Assembly: GCF_009557235.1 (NCBI RefSeq)
Contig: NZ_CP045650.1
Location: 1,260,001-1,292,000, forward strand
From: Acinetobacter wanghuae
GTDB lineage: Bacteria; Pseudomonadota; Gammaproteobacteria; Pseudomonadales; Moraxellaceae
Direction: 5' to 3'
Length of the DNA: 32,000 nt
The notes under the pieces were generated by a model, which was given only the letters and a program-made list of their open reading frames with translations, searched no databases and was not told the origin of the DNA. Each line of letters opens with the position of its first letter. The stretch's first letter is position 1. The position numbers and the translations under genes were made by a program. Below, piece after piece: positions 17,760-25,895 of this stretch.

Positions 17760-17787
17760 AATTAACATAATACACCTTATACGAAAT
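17760..17787 (-). other. pdif (XerC/XerD recombination) site, D/C orientation on the + strand
   Basis: The minus strand reads ATTTCGTATAA-GGTGTA-TTATGTTAATT, which as far as I recall matches the Re27/pdif sequence flanking blaOXA-24 modules on Acinetobacter plasmids. Confidence 0.8.
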
Positions 17788-17829
17788 GCTATTTTTTATT
17801 TCATATAAATTATGGTCTTATCATATAGT

Positions 17830-17862
17830 AAAAAGCCAAATCATCACCGGTTGGGCTTTTTT
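17830..17862. terminator. orphan terminator-like hairpin flanked by A- and T-runs
   Basis: aaaaagccaa..ttgggctttttt. No ORF of 60 aa or more ends here on either strand. Confidence 0.4.
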
Positions 17863-17993
17863 AATATTTTTTTCATGGTTCACGCTTACTTATTAAGCAA
17901 TGTTCCACGACCTTGTTTAGAAAAAATAATTTCGATCAGTTGTATTCATCTGAGCTAAGAGAGGACTGTTTGTTGAACGATCAGATTACAATC

Positions 17994-18028
17994 AAAAAAA
18001 ACCGAGTCATTTAACTCGGTTTTTTTTA
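17994..18028. terminator. bidirectional terminator downstream of maf
   Basis: aaaaaaa-accgagt / actcggt-tttttttt. Confidence 0.75.
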
Positions 18029-18043
18029 ATAAACATTAGAAAA

Positions 18044-18637
18044 TTAAGGCACTAAAATTTTTAATTCACGCAAAATTCTACAGAGTTGAATCATCGGCAT
18101 ACCCATCAACGTGGTCTGGTCTTGACCGATCATTTCTTCAAATAGGCTAATGCCTAAGCTTTCACATTTAAAACTGCCGGCACAATGAAAAGGCTGTTCA
18201 ATTTCAATATAACGCTCAATTTCAGGCAAGCTCAGTTTGCGGAACTTGACTTTATAATGTTCAACAAGCGTTTGTTCGAAACCCGTAGATTGGTGTTGAA
18301 CACTGAGCGCGGTACTGAAATAAACAATCTTATCTGAATTGGCTTGTAACTGACGAATGGCTTTGTCTGCAGTAAGTGGCTTACCAATAAAAATATCAGG
18401 TGCACCTTCACGCCAAGCGACTTGATCAGATCCAATGACAATCGCATCGGGGTGTAAATTGGCAACATGTTGGGCTTTCTCAAAAGCCAAACGTTTTGCT
18501 AAAACATCAGCATGGTTTTCACCACGCGGAGATTCATCAATATCAGGGACGATGGTGCTATATTGCAAACGCAAACGATCCATCAGTTCTTTGCGAGTTT
18601 GGCTGCTTGAAGCCAAAATGATTTTAGGCGCGTTCAT
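18044..18637 (-). CDS. maf: Maf-like nucleoside triphosphate pyrophosphatase
   Basis: IILASSSQTRKELMDRL, IVIGSDQV, KP and AGSFK(C)E motifs of the Maf family. The ATG at 18637 overlaps the upstream stop (TAATG). Confidence 0.85.
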   Translation of the reverse strand: MNAPKIILASSSQTRKELMDRLRLQYSTIVPDIDESPRGENHADVLAKRLAFEKAQHVANLHPDAIVIGSDQVAWREGAPDIFIGKPLTADKAIRQLQANSDKIVYFSTALSVQHQSTGFEQTLVEHYKVKFRKLSLPEIERYIEIEQPFHCAGSFKCESLGISLFEEMIGQDQTTLMGMPMIQLCRILRELKILVP

Positions 18638-19020
18638 TAGACCGCATATTCCTCTAATACATGCATTGGGACATAAGCTAAAACAGCTTTGTGACAAGCT
18701 TGAAGTTTAATGGGTGGAGCAAAACCAGCCTCATAGGCATCAACCCAACGCGTCACGCAAATACACCAAAAATCACCCGGTTGCAGACCAACAAAACCCA
18801 CTTCAGGAACAGGGGTAATCAAATCATTGCCTACTTTTTGAGAATAATTTAAAAATTCAGAGGTCATTTGTGCGCAAACAGTGTGCTGACCAATATCAGA
18901 GGGGGCGGTATGACAGAAACCATTACGGAAATATCCAGTGATTGGGTCAAAACAACAGCTGGCTAAAGGCTCGTCTAAAACATTTAAACGATTAAGATTT
19001 GGGTCTGGATGTATCGACAT
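18637..19020 (-). CDS. DUF2237-family protein
   Basis: 127 aa with the Cys-rich pattern PLASCCFDPITGYFRNGFC...GQHTVCA...GDFWCICVTRW, typical of DUF2237. Translationally coupled to maf. Confidence 0.7.
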   Translation of the reverse strand: MSIHPDPNLNRLNVLDEPLASCCFDPITGYFRNGFCHTAPSDIGQHTVCAQMTSEFLNYSQKVGNDLITPVPEVGFVGLQPGDFWCICVTRWVDAYEAGFAPPIKLQACHKAVLAYVPMHVLEEYAV

Positions 19021-19159
19021 AAGTGCTGAATCTTAATGAGGCTTTTAACTATCATAACAAAACTTTAGCAATCGTCAGCTTTTCTGCAAAAGAAGCTAAC
19101 CTTTTTTTGCATAATCATTTAAAATCGCCTCGTTTTGATATCTATAAAGTGAGCTCTAC

Positions 19160-20347
19160 ATGAACTTTCAGCGTATGACTGACCTAGATTTGGCAGGTAA
19201 GCGTGTTCTTATTCGTGAAGATTTAAACGTTCCTGTGAAAAATGGTGTGATTACAAGCGATGCACGTCTGCGTGCGGCTTTGCCAACAATTAAAGCTGCG
19301 GTTGCAAAAGGCGCTGCGGTGATGGTTTATTCTCACCTTGGTCGTCCAGTTGAAGGTGAGCCTAAAGCTGAACAATCGCTTGCACCTGTTGCGGCTTACT
19401 TAACTGAAGCACTCGGTCAAGAAGTTAAGTTGTTTACGGATTACTTAGATGGTGTTGAAGTAGAAGCAGGTCAAGTGGTTTTACTTGAAAACTGCCGTTT
19501 CAATGTCGGTGAAAAGAAAAATAATCCTGAACTTGCAGCAAAATATGCAGCACTTTGCGATGTGTTTGTGATGGATGCGTTTGGTACTGCGCACCGTGCA
19601 GAAGCATCTACTGAAGGCGTTGCACGCCTTGCTAAAGTGGCAGCAGCAGGTCCATTGCTTGCAGCAGAACTTGATGCGCTTGGTCGTGCACTTAAAACCC
19701 CTGAAAGCCCAATGGTGGCGATTGTTGCGGGTTCTAAAGTTTCAACGAAACTAGATGTTTTAACATCACTTTCTGATATCTGCGATCAATTGATCGTCGG
19801 TGGTGGTATTGCCAATACATTCTTGGCAGCAGCAGGTTACAACGTTGGTAAATCACTTTGCGAAAATGATTTGATCGACACAGCTAAAGCGATTGCTGCA
19901 AAAGTATCTGTTCCATTACCAACGGATGTCGTGGTTGCTGACGCGTCAGAAATTAACTTCGATGACTTCTTAGGTTCATTGGCTGCTGCAAAAGCAACTG
20001 TGAAAAAAGTTGAAGATGTTGCTGATAACGATATGATTTTGGACGTTGGGCCAGAAACAGCAAAAATGTTTGCAGAAATCTTAAAAACATCGAAAACGAT
20101 TCTTTGGAATGGTCCAGTCGGTGTGTTTGAAGTAGATCAATTCGGTGAAGGTACCAAGACTTTATCTTTAGCCATTGCTGAATCGGCAGGCTTCTCGATT
20201 GCAGGTGGTGGTGACACATTGGCTGCGATTGATAAATACGAAGTGGCTGACAAAATTGGCTATATCTCTACAGGCGGTGGCGCATTCCTTGAATTCGTTG
20301 AAGGTAAAACACTTCCTGCTGTAGCGGTACTTTTAGAACGTGCCTAA
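19160..20347 (+). CDS. pgk: phosphoglycerate kinase
   Basis: 395 aa with [18 protein letters not shown] and [10 protein letters not shown]. Canonical Pgk. Confidence 0.97.
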   Translation: MNFQRMTDLDLAGKRVLIREDLNVPVKNGVITSDARLRAALPTIKAAVAKGAAVMVYSHLGRPVEGEPKAEQSLAPVAAYLTEALGQEVKLFTDYLDGVEVEAGQVVLLENCRFNVGEKKNNPELAAKYAALCDVFVMDAFGTAHRAEASTEGVARLAKVAAAGPLLAAELDALGRALKTPESPMVAIVAGSKVSTKLDVLTSLSDICDQLIVGGGIANTFLAAAGYNVGKSLCENDLIDTAKAIAAKVSVPLPTDVVVADASEINFDDFLGSLAAAKATVKKVEDVADNDMILDVGPETAKMFAEILKTSKTILWNGPVGVFEVDQFGEGTKTLSLAIAESAGFSIAGGGDTLAAIDKYEVADKIGYISTGGGAFLEFVEGKTLPAVAVLLERA

Positions 20348-20365
20348 TGACATGATCTAAAACAA

Positions 20366-20392
20366 GAAGCTGGCTTTATGTCAGCTTTTTTT
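20366..20392 (+). terminator. pgk terminator
   Basis: agctg / cagct stem followed by a T-run. Confidence 0.65.
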
Positions 20393-20485
20393 ATGCTGAA
20401 AATAAAATTGAAATAATTTGGTCAAATGAACGTCATTAAAATGCAACACAATCGTCATAATATGATTGAGGTCAAAAGAAGAGAA

Positions 20486-20764
20486 ATGAGTAAGAAAATG
20501 ACAAAGCTAAATTCTGTGATAGCTATATTGATCAGCATAGTTGTGTTGGTTGCATGTGCTAAAAAAGACAATGCACAAAATGCTGAAGTTGAAGCATCAA
20601 CTGCTGTGGTTCAAGATGTAAGTGCAGAACAACAAGCAGCAATTGATTCAATCGATCAACCTATTTTAGATGACAAAAATACCGATATTCCGAGCGAAGT
20701 TTCTAATGCAGTCGCTGATGTTGCCACAGCAGAAGTAAATGGTTCAGAAGCAGTAGCGCATTAA
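20486..20764 (+). CDS. small lipoprotein, low-complexity A/E/V-rich
   Basis: Lipobox LVAC after a hydrophobic h-region (MSKKMTKLNSVIAILISIVVLVAC). Start at 20486 or 20498. Confidence 0.6.
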   Translation: MSKKMTKLNSVIAILISIVVLVACAKKDNAQNAEVEASTAVVQDVSAEQQAAIDSIDQPILDDKNTDIPSEVSNAVADVATAEVNGSEAVAH

Positions 20765-20885
20765 GTAGTGATAGAAATTTGAAAACCCACTGCAAAAGTC
20801 GTGATTTTTTACGAAATATTGTGTTTTATTGCTGAATTGCAAGGTTTGAACATGTAGAATATGGGGCATTACCTGGGAGGATATT

Positions 20886-21926
20886 ATGGCTCTTATTTCA
20901 ATGCGCCAGCTCTTGGATCACGCCGGCGAACATGCTTACGGCGTACCAGCGTTTAACGTAAACAATTTAGAACAAATGCGTGCAATTATGCTCGCAGCAG
21001 ATGCAACGAATTCACCTGTAATCGTGCAAGCATCTGCAGGTGCGCGTAAATACGCAGGTGCACCATTCTTACGTCATCTTATTTTAGCTGCAATTGAAGA
21101 ATGGCCGCATATTCCTGTGGTGATGCACCAAGATCATGGTACTAGCCCTGATATTTGCCAACGTTCAATTCAACTTGGCTTCTCATCAGTAATGATGGAT
21201 GGTTCATTGGCTGAAGATGGTAAAACACCAACTTCTTACGAGTACAACGTTGATGTAACACGTCGTACCGTTGCGATGGCACATGCGTGTGGCGTTTCAG
21301 TTGAAGGCGAAATTGGTTGTTTGGGTAGCCTTGAAACAGGTATGGCGGGTGAAGAAGATGGCGTAGGCGCTGAAGGCGTTCTTGACCATTCTCAACTGCT
21401 TACTTCTGTTGAAGAAGCGCGTAGCTTTGTTGCAGATACCAATGTCGATGCATTGGCGATTGCGGTGGGTACTTCACACGGTGCGTACAAATTCACGCGT
21501 CCACCTACAGGTGATATTCTTGCGATTGATCGTATTAAAGAGATCCACGCAGCACTTCCAAACACCCATCTTGTGATGCACGGTTCAAGTTCAGTGCCAC
21601 AAGAATGGTTGAAAGTGATCAACGAATATGGCGGTAACATCGGCGAAACTTACGGTGTTCCTGTTGAGCAATTGGTTGAAGCAATTAAACACGGTGTTCG
21701 TAAAATCAACATCGATACAGACTTGCGTTTAGCATCAACTGGCGCAATGCGTCGTTTGATGGCTGAAAAACCAAGCGAATTCGATCCACGTAAATTCTTC
21801 AGTGCAACAATTGATGCCATGAAGCAAATTTGTGTAGACCGTTATGAAGCCTTCGGTACAGCGGGTAATGCAGATAAAATTCGCCCGATTTCTTTAGAGA
21901 AAATGGTCGCGCATTACAATAAATAA
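20886..21926 (+). CDS. fba: class II fructose-bisphosphate aldolase
   Basis: 346 aa with [14 protein letters not shown], and the GxxHG-type motifs [10 protein letters not shown] and LVMHGSS. The pgk-fba neighbourhood is common. Confidence 0.95.
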   Translation: MALISMRQLLDHAGEHAYGVPAFNVNNLEQMRAIMLAADATNSPVIVQASAGARKYAGAPFLRHLILAAIEEWPHIPVVMHQDHGTSPDICQRSIQLGFSSVMMDGSLAEDGKTPTSYEYNVDVTRRTVAMAHACGVSVEGEIGCLGSLETGMAGEEDGVGAEGVLDHSQLLTSVEEARSFVADTNVDALAIAVGTSHGAYKFTRPPTGDILAIDRIKEIHAALPNTHLVMHGSSSVPQEWLKVINEYGGNIGETYGVPVEQLVEAIKHGVRKINIDTDLRLASTGAMRRLMAEKPSEFDPRKFFSATIDAMKQICVDRYEAFGTAGNADKIRPISLEKMVAHYNK

Positions 21927-21947
21927 TTCGTGATGAATTGTTTATAG

Positions 21948-21977
21948 AAAAAGCCCACAATTGTTGTGGGCTTTTTC
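21948..21977 (+). terminator. fba terminator
   Basis: agcccacaa / ttgtgggct stem followed by TTTTT. Confidence 0.75.
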
Positions 21978-22014
21978 GTCACTATACGTTAAATCGTTAC
22001 AATAAGAGCAAGAT

Positions 22015-22869
22015 ATGGAACTCATTTTTGCAGCCGCACTGTGTAGTGTTGCCGTTTCAATATTATTAAAATTAGCAAAACAACACGGGTTTAGCCCGAT
22101 TCATTTGATTGCTTGGAATTATGCCACAGCCAGTATTTTATGTTTTTTATGGTTTAAGCCTGATTTACAGCATGTTTCATTGTCAAATACGCCGTGGTTA
22201 CTGATTATTGCTTTAGGTGTTTTACTGCCGAGCGTCTTTTTACTGCTTGCTAAATCCTTACAAACCGCAGGGATCTTAAAAACAGAGATAGCACAGCGCC
22301 TATCTGTGGTGTTATCGCTTGCTGCTGCGTATTTTCTTTTTCAAGAACAGTTTAATACGTTAAAAATCTTCGGTGTAGTATTTGGTATTGCCGCAGTACT
22401 CTGTATCTTATGGTCAAATCGGGATGATGCCAGTTCATCCAATAAAGGCATGTTGTATCTTGCGGCGGTATGGCTAGGCTATGCTTGTGTTGATGTATTA
22501 CTCAAATACACCACCAGTTTGGGTGTGCAATTTTCAGTGGCGCTTAATCTGATGTTTGTCTGCGCTTTTATATGCTCTATGAGTTATTTGTTTATTCAAC
22601 ATCATCATTTCGGCGCTGTAAAAAATATCGGTGCAGGTTTGATTTTGGGACTCTTAAATTTTGCCAATATTGCCCTCTATGTCAAAGCGCATATGCTGTT
22701 AAAAGATACACCTGCCATTGTTTTCGCAGGGATGAATATACTTGTGGTGGTATTTGGTGTGCTTGCAGGTCTGATCTTCTTTAAAGAGAAGCTAAAAACT
22801 GCAAGCAGTATCGGTTTGCTTCTTGGCGTGATTAGTATGCTTTGCTTAGCATATGCCATGTCTGCTTAA
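22015..22869 (+). CDS. DMT-superfamily (EamA-like) transporter
   Basis: 284 aa with about 10 TM helices in two similar halves. Confidence 0.7.
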   Translation: MELIFAAALCSVAVSILLKLAKQHGFSPIHLIAWNYATASILCFLWFKPDLQHVSLSNTPWLLIIALGVLLPSVFLLLAKSLQTAGILKTEIAQRLSVVLSLAAAYFLFQEQFNTLKIFGVVFGIAAVLCILWSNRDDASSSNKGMLYLAAVWLGYACVDVLLKYTTSLGVQFSVALNLMFVCAFICSMSYLFIQHHHFGAVKNIGAGLILGLLNFANIALYVKAHMLLKDTPAIVFAGMNILVVVFGVLAGLIFFKEKLKTASSIGLLLGVISMLCLAYAMSA

Positions 22870-23059
22870 CATAGGAACTTGCAAACTCTACAGGATGGCG
22901 CACAAAATCTTCAGTTTCGGCCACACCTAAAAGTAGTCCTGCATGATGGCAGTGCGGGCAATGCGGATATTTAGGCTGCTCATGTTCAATATTGTGCAAA
23001 TAGGTTTTATCACAATGCGTACATTCAAATTTTAGCGGTTTAGTCAGTAGAATAGACAT
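22832..23059 (-). CDS. small zinc-ribbon protein (CxxC...CxxC)
   Basis: MSILLTKPLKFECTHCDKT...YPHCPHCHH. GAGG SD 6 nt upstream of ATG 23059. The 3' end overlaps the convergent transporter gene by 38 nt. Confidence 0.5.
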   Translation of the reverse strand: MSILLTKPLKFECTHCDKTYLHNIEHEQPKYPHCPHCHHAGLLLGVAETEDFVRHPVEFASSYVKQTWHMLSKAY

Positions 23060-23127
23060 AGCAGACCTCATTTTTATTGTATGACTTTATCGTCATCAGA
23101 GATCATGCAAAAATTAGACCTAAATAA

Positions 23128-23158
23128 AGATAAAAGGGCTTTTAAAACCCTTTTATCT
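23128..23158. terminator. hairpin downstream of the nitroreductase gene
   Basis: agataaaaggg / cccttttatct, an 11-bp stem. Confidence 0.6.
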
Positions 23159-23168
23159 TCTAGATTGA

Positions 23169-23822
23169 TTAAAGTCTTGTGATGATGTGTTGTTCGTTGA
23201 GGCGAGATTTAGGTAATTGGGCATTAAAATCATTATCGCTACGATAGCCTAAGGTGAGCAATACTGACGGGATTAAGCCTAAGTCATTCAGTCCAAACTC
23301 CTCGGTGATCAACGCTTCATCAAAACCACCAATAGGGGTAGCATCAATGTTTTCAAGACCCGCTGCCAATAATAGGTGTCCAAGTGCGATAAAAGTTTGG
23401 TTTTCAGCCCAACGTCCAATATCACCTTTTTCATTTTTATAATAATTGACATAACCGATACGGGTATTTTTTTGCGCTTCTTTGGCGGCAGCATCTTTAA
23501 AGCGACCTGCGATTTCATCTTGATTCAATAATTGTTCTAAATGCTCGTCTGTGATGTCGACTTTGGTGCAAAATAAAATCGTATGTGACGATTCGAGTAC
23601 TTTTGGCGCATTGTATGCATATTTGCCAATCAGGGCTTTGGCAATCCGCTGTTTAGAAGCATCATGCTCCGCAATGAAAAAATGCCAAGGTTGGATATTA
23701 ATAGAAGAGGGCGCGAGACGCAGTACGTCGACGAGTTTCTCAAATTGTTGTGGTGGAATTCGTTTACTCGGATCATAAGCTTTGGTCGCATAACGTGTTT
23801 GTGATGCCTTGAGTAAATCCAT
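23169..23822 (-). CDS. nfsB: oxygen-insensitive NAD(P)H nitroreductase (NfsB/NfnB-like)
   Basis: 217 aa, the same length as E. coli NfsB. Similar throughout (RYATKAYD, SSINIQPWHF, PIGGFD, NAQLPKSRL). Confidence 0.8.
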   Translation of the reverse strand: MDLLKASQTRYATKAYDPSKRIPPQQFEKLVDVLRLAPSSINIQPWHFFIAEHDASKQRIAKALIGKYAYNAPKVLESSHTILFCTKVDITDEHLEQLLNQDEIAGRFKDAAAKEAQKNTRIGYVNYYKNEKGDIGRWAENQTFIALGHLLLAAGLENIDATPIGGFDEALITEEFGLNDLGLIPSVLLTLGYRSDNDFNAQLPKSRLNEQHIITRL

Positions 23823-24001
23823 GACTGAACTCCAATCTTATTTTTTAAAGTTTAAAACGAATTGTGTAAATGTTGAATTGCTTCAACCTAAATGAATATT
23901 ACAATAATTTTGACATGAATAAAGCTATGCTTTTGGCGGAGCTTGAATGGCTTCGTTATCTGACACACGACAAGCACTTGTGAAGTGAGAGAGGAATATT
24001 G

Positions 24002-24082
24002 ATGGCGCAAAATTGTTTAATTCAGTTGAATATTCTGCCCTTGATTATGGGGTTACAATGCCTATTCTTTAGATCTGATTGA
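24002..24082 (+). CDS. candidate 26-aa hydrophobic peptide
   Basis: GAGG (23991-23994) 7 nt before the ATG. MAQNCLIQLNILPLIMGLQCLFFRSD. Preceded by a 22-codon ORF (23915-23983). Coding status unproven. Confidence 0.2.
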   Translation: MAQNCLIQLNILPLIMGLQCLFFRSD

Positions 24083-24224
24083 AAATTGTACACTCAATCA
24101 TTGTTAGGCGATAAAAGCGCGCTGGTTGTTTGCTTTCTCATTAAATAGCCTGTATGGTAAGTTTAACTAAAGGTGAGTAATGTTCTCGCCATTTTATTAT
24201 TTTAGCTAATTGTGATTCACTTTT

Positions 24225-24258
24225 ACTTAAGTCGCCTACTTAAGTACATCTAAGTAAC
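24225..24258. promoter_or_regulatory. tandem palindromes ACTTAAGT / TACTTAAGTA (+ partial TCTAAGTAAC): candidate operator
   Basis: ACTTAAGT at 24225-24232 and the perfect 10-bp palindrome TACTTAAGTA at 24237-24246 have centres 13 bp apart. They lie about 80-110 bp upstream of the 72-aa ORF. Confidence 0.3.
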
Positions 24259-24335
24259 TACAGAATTATTATTCAAATCTGGTTTTATAAATCTCTTTGT
24301 TCTGTCACAAAAAGCTCATGTTATGAGTAAATATT

Positions 24336-24554
24336 TTGAAAATTTTAAATGAATGGTATACCGCGACTGCTGTAAATGGTTGCGAAATTGATGTTAAATT
24401 AGTTCCACTAAAACGCAAACAAAATACAATTGAAGGTTTTATTTGGGTTGATGTTGGTCAAATGATTCAACTTGAAACAGGTGAAGAATTACCGTTTAAC
24501 TTAGATGGTAAAAGTTTTTACACCGGTGTGAACCAGTTGTATCGCTTAAACTAA
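24336..24554 (+). CDS. hypothetical 72-aa protein
   Basis: ORF with a TTG start only. Followed by a strong terminator. No recognised motif. Confidence 0.4.
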   Translation: MKILNEWYTATAVNGCEIDVKLVPLKRKQNTIEGFIWVDVGQMIQLETGEELPFNLDGKSFYTGVNQLYRLN

Positions 24555-24571
24555 AACAATCTGATTGATCG

Positions 24572-24599
24572 AAAAAGTGGCTAATATTGCCACTTTTTT
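24572..24599. terminator. bidirectional terminator overlapping the lpxH stop codon
   Basis: agtggc / gccact stem with flanking A-run and T-run. Confidence 0.7.
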
Positions 24600-25300
24600 A
24601 GTTTTAAATGATCGATTTTTTGATCAGGCATGATTTCTAAAATATCTGCTGAATCCTGTTTCCAGTCACCTAACACAATTCTCTTTTTATCTTTAATATC
24701 ATGAATATGGGCACGATGAGTATGTCCATGAATCAGCACATCGACATCTAATAATGCGACATCAACAGCATGCTGATTAACATCCATAATGTCATAAGAT
24801 TTAAACGTTTGAGATTGCATACTTTTTTTACGGAAGCCATTGGAAAGTTTTTGTCTAAACCAAAGTGGTGTGGTTTTTAGTATGCCAAGTAAAATTGGAT
24901 TGCGAATAACCGATTTAAAACGTTGATAGCTGATGTCATCCGTACAAAGCGCATCGCCATGTTCAATGCGATAGCGAATGCCGTCAATATTCAGATAATC
25001 TGTATCAGGAAGTCTTTTTCCTGAAAATTGATTTAAGAACGTTTGACCCAAAGCGAAATCACGATTACCGACTTGAAAATAGATCTTGTTACCTGCATCT
25101 GTGAATTTTTTAAGTTCAGACACGATGCTATTTAACCATGTAGATTGATCATCATCACCAATCCATGCGTTAAACCAATCGCCTAAAATATAGAGTTGGG
25201 TGTTTTTATTTTGATAAGTTGCCAATAAGTCTAAAAACCCCCGAACAAGTCGAGGGTGATCAGGTGACAAATGTAAATCAGCGATAAACAAATAGGTCAC
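24581..25300 (-). CDS. lpxH: UDP-2,3-diacylglucosamine diphosphatase LpxH
   Basis: Metallophosphoesterase motifs FIADLHL, GDWF, GNRD and HGHTH. GTG start. ppiB-lpxH order as in E. coli. Confidence 0.92.
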   Translation of the reverse strand: MTYLFIADLHLSPDHPRLVRGFLDLLATYQNKNTQLYILGDWFNAWIGDDDQSTWLNSIVSELKKFTDAGNKIYFQVGNRDFALGQTFLNQFSGKRLPDTDYLNIDGIRYRIEHGDALCTDDISYQRFKSVIRNPILLGILKTTPLWFRQKLSNGFRKKSMQSQTFKSYDIMDVNQHAVDVALLDVDVLIHGHTHRAHIHDIKDKKRIVLGDWKQDSADILEIMPDQKIDHLKLKKWQY

Positions 25301-25317
25301 TATCTTTTCCTTTTAAT

Positions 25318-25385
25318 CTCCCTAAATCCCTCTTTACGAAAGAGGGACTTCTCCTCCCTTAGTAAAGGGAGGTTGGGAGGGATTA
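25318..25385. repeat. REP-like compound palindromic element in the ppiB-lpxH spacer
   Basis: Hairpin 1 tccctcttt-acg-aaagaggga (25327-25347). Hairpin 2 cctccctt-agta-aagggagg (25353-25372). Outer inverted repeat aatccctc / gagggatt (25325-25332 and 25377-25384). Confidence 0.7.
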
Positions 25386-25895
25386 TTATTCAGAAATGAT
25401 TTTTGCAGATTCAATCACAACGTTCTCTAGTGGAACGTCAGCGTGGTAACCACGGTTGCCTGTACGAACGCTTTTGATTGCATCAACAACGTCTAGACCT
25501 TCAGTGACTTTACCAAATACTGCATAACCCCAACCTTGCGCTGTTTTACCAGTATGGTTTAGGAAAGAGTTGTTTTTCACGTTAATGAAGAACTGAGCAG
25601 AAGCAGAGTGAGGTGCTTGAGTACGTGCCATTGCAATCGTACCAACATCATTGCTTAAACCGTTGTCTGCTTCGTTTTCGATTGCATCACGCGTTGCTTT
25701 TTCTTTAAAGTTTTCATCCATGCCGCCGCCTTGGATCATGAAACCTTCAATAACGCGGTGGAAGATAACGCCATCATAAAAACCATCGCGAACGTATTCT
25801 AAGAAGTTAGCCACTGTTTTAGGTGCTTTTTCAGCGTTTAATTCAAGAACAATACGACCTTTATTGGTGTTTAATTCGACTTGAGGAAAACTCAT
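25386..25895 (-). CDS. ppiB: peptidyl-prolyl cis-trans isomerase B (cyclophilin)
   Basis: [14 protein letters not shown] and [17 protein letters not shown]; near colinear with E. coli PpiB. Confidence 0.95.
   Translation of the reverse strand: MSFPQVELNTNKGRIVLELNAEKAPKTVANFLEYVRDGFYDGVIFHRVIEGFMIQGGGMDENFKEKATRDAIENEADNGLSNDVGTIAMARTQAPHSASAQFFINVKNNSFLNHTGKTAQGWGYAVFGKVTEGLDVVDAIKSVRTGNRGYHADVPLENVVIESAKIISE

Larger units (their letters stand above)
16802..17787. mobile_element. dif module: single-gene cassette bounded by inverted XerC/XerD (pdif) sites
   Basis: 28-bp sites at both ends with identical XerC arms and near-identical XerD arms in inverted orientation. The interior holds one gene, its upstream region and its own terminator. 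Confidence 0.75.

Noticed and set aside
17707-17808. 33-codon ORF (MITQSYYNFDILKL..) inside the dif-module promoter region.
   Set aside because: It has no SD, is AT-rich, and spans the right pdif site. Most likely non-coding.
20807-20817. ttttacgaaat, a 10/11 match to the XerC arm (reverse orientation), upstream of fba.
   Set aside because: The position where the XerD arm should lie (ctgcaaaagtc) matches only 3/11. It is an isolated half-site consistent with chance.
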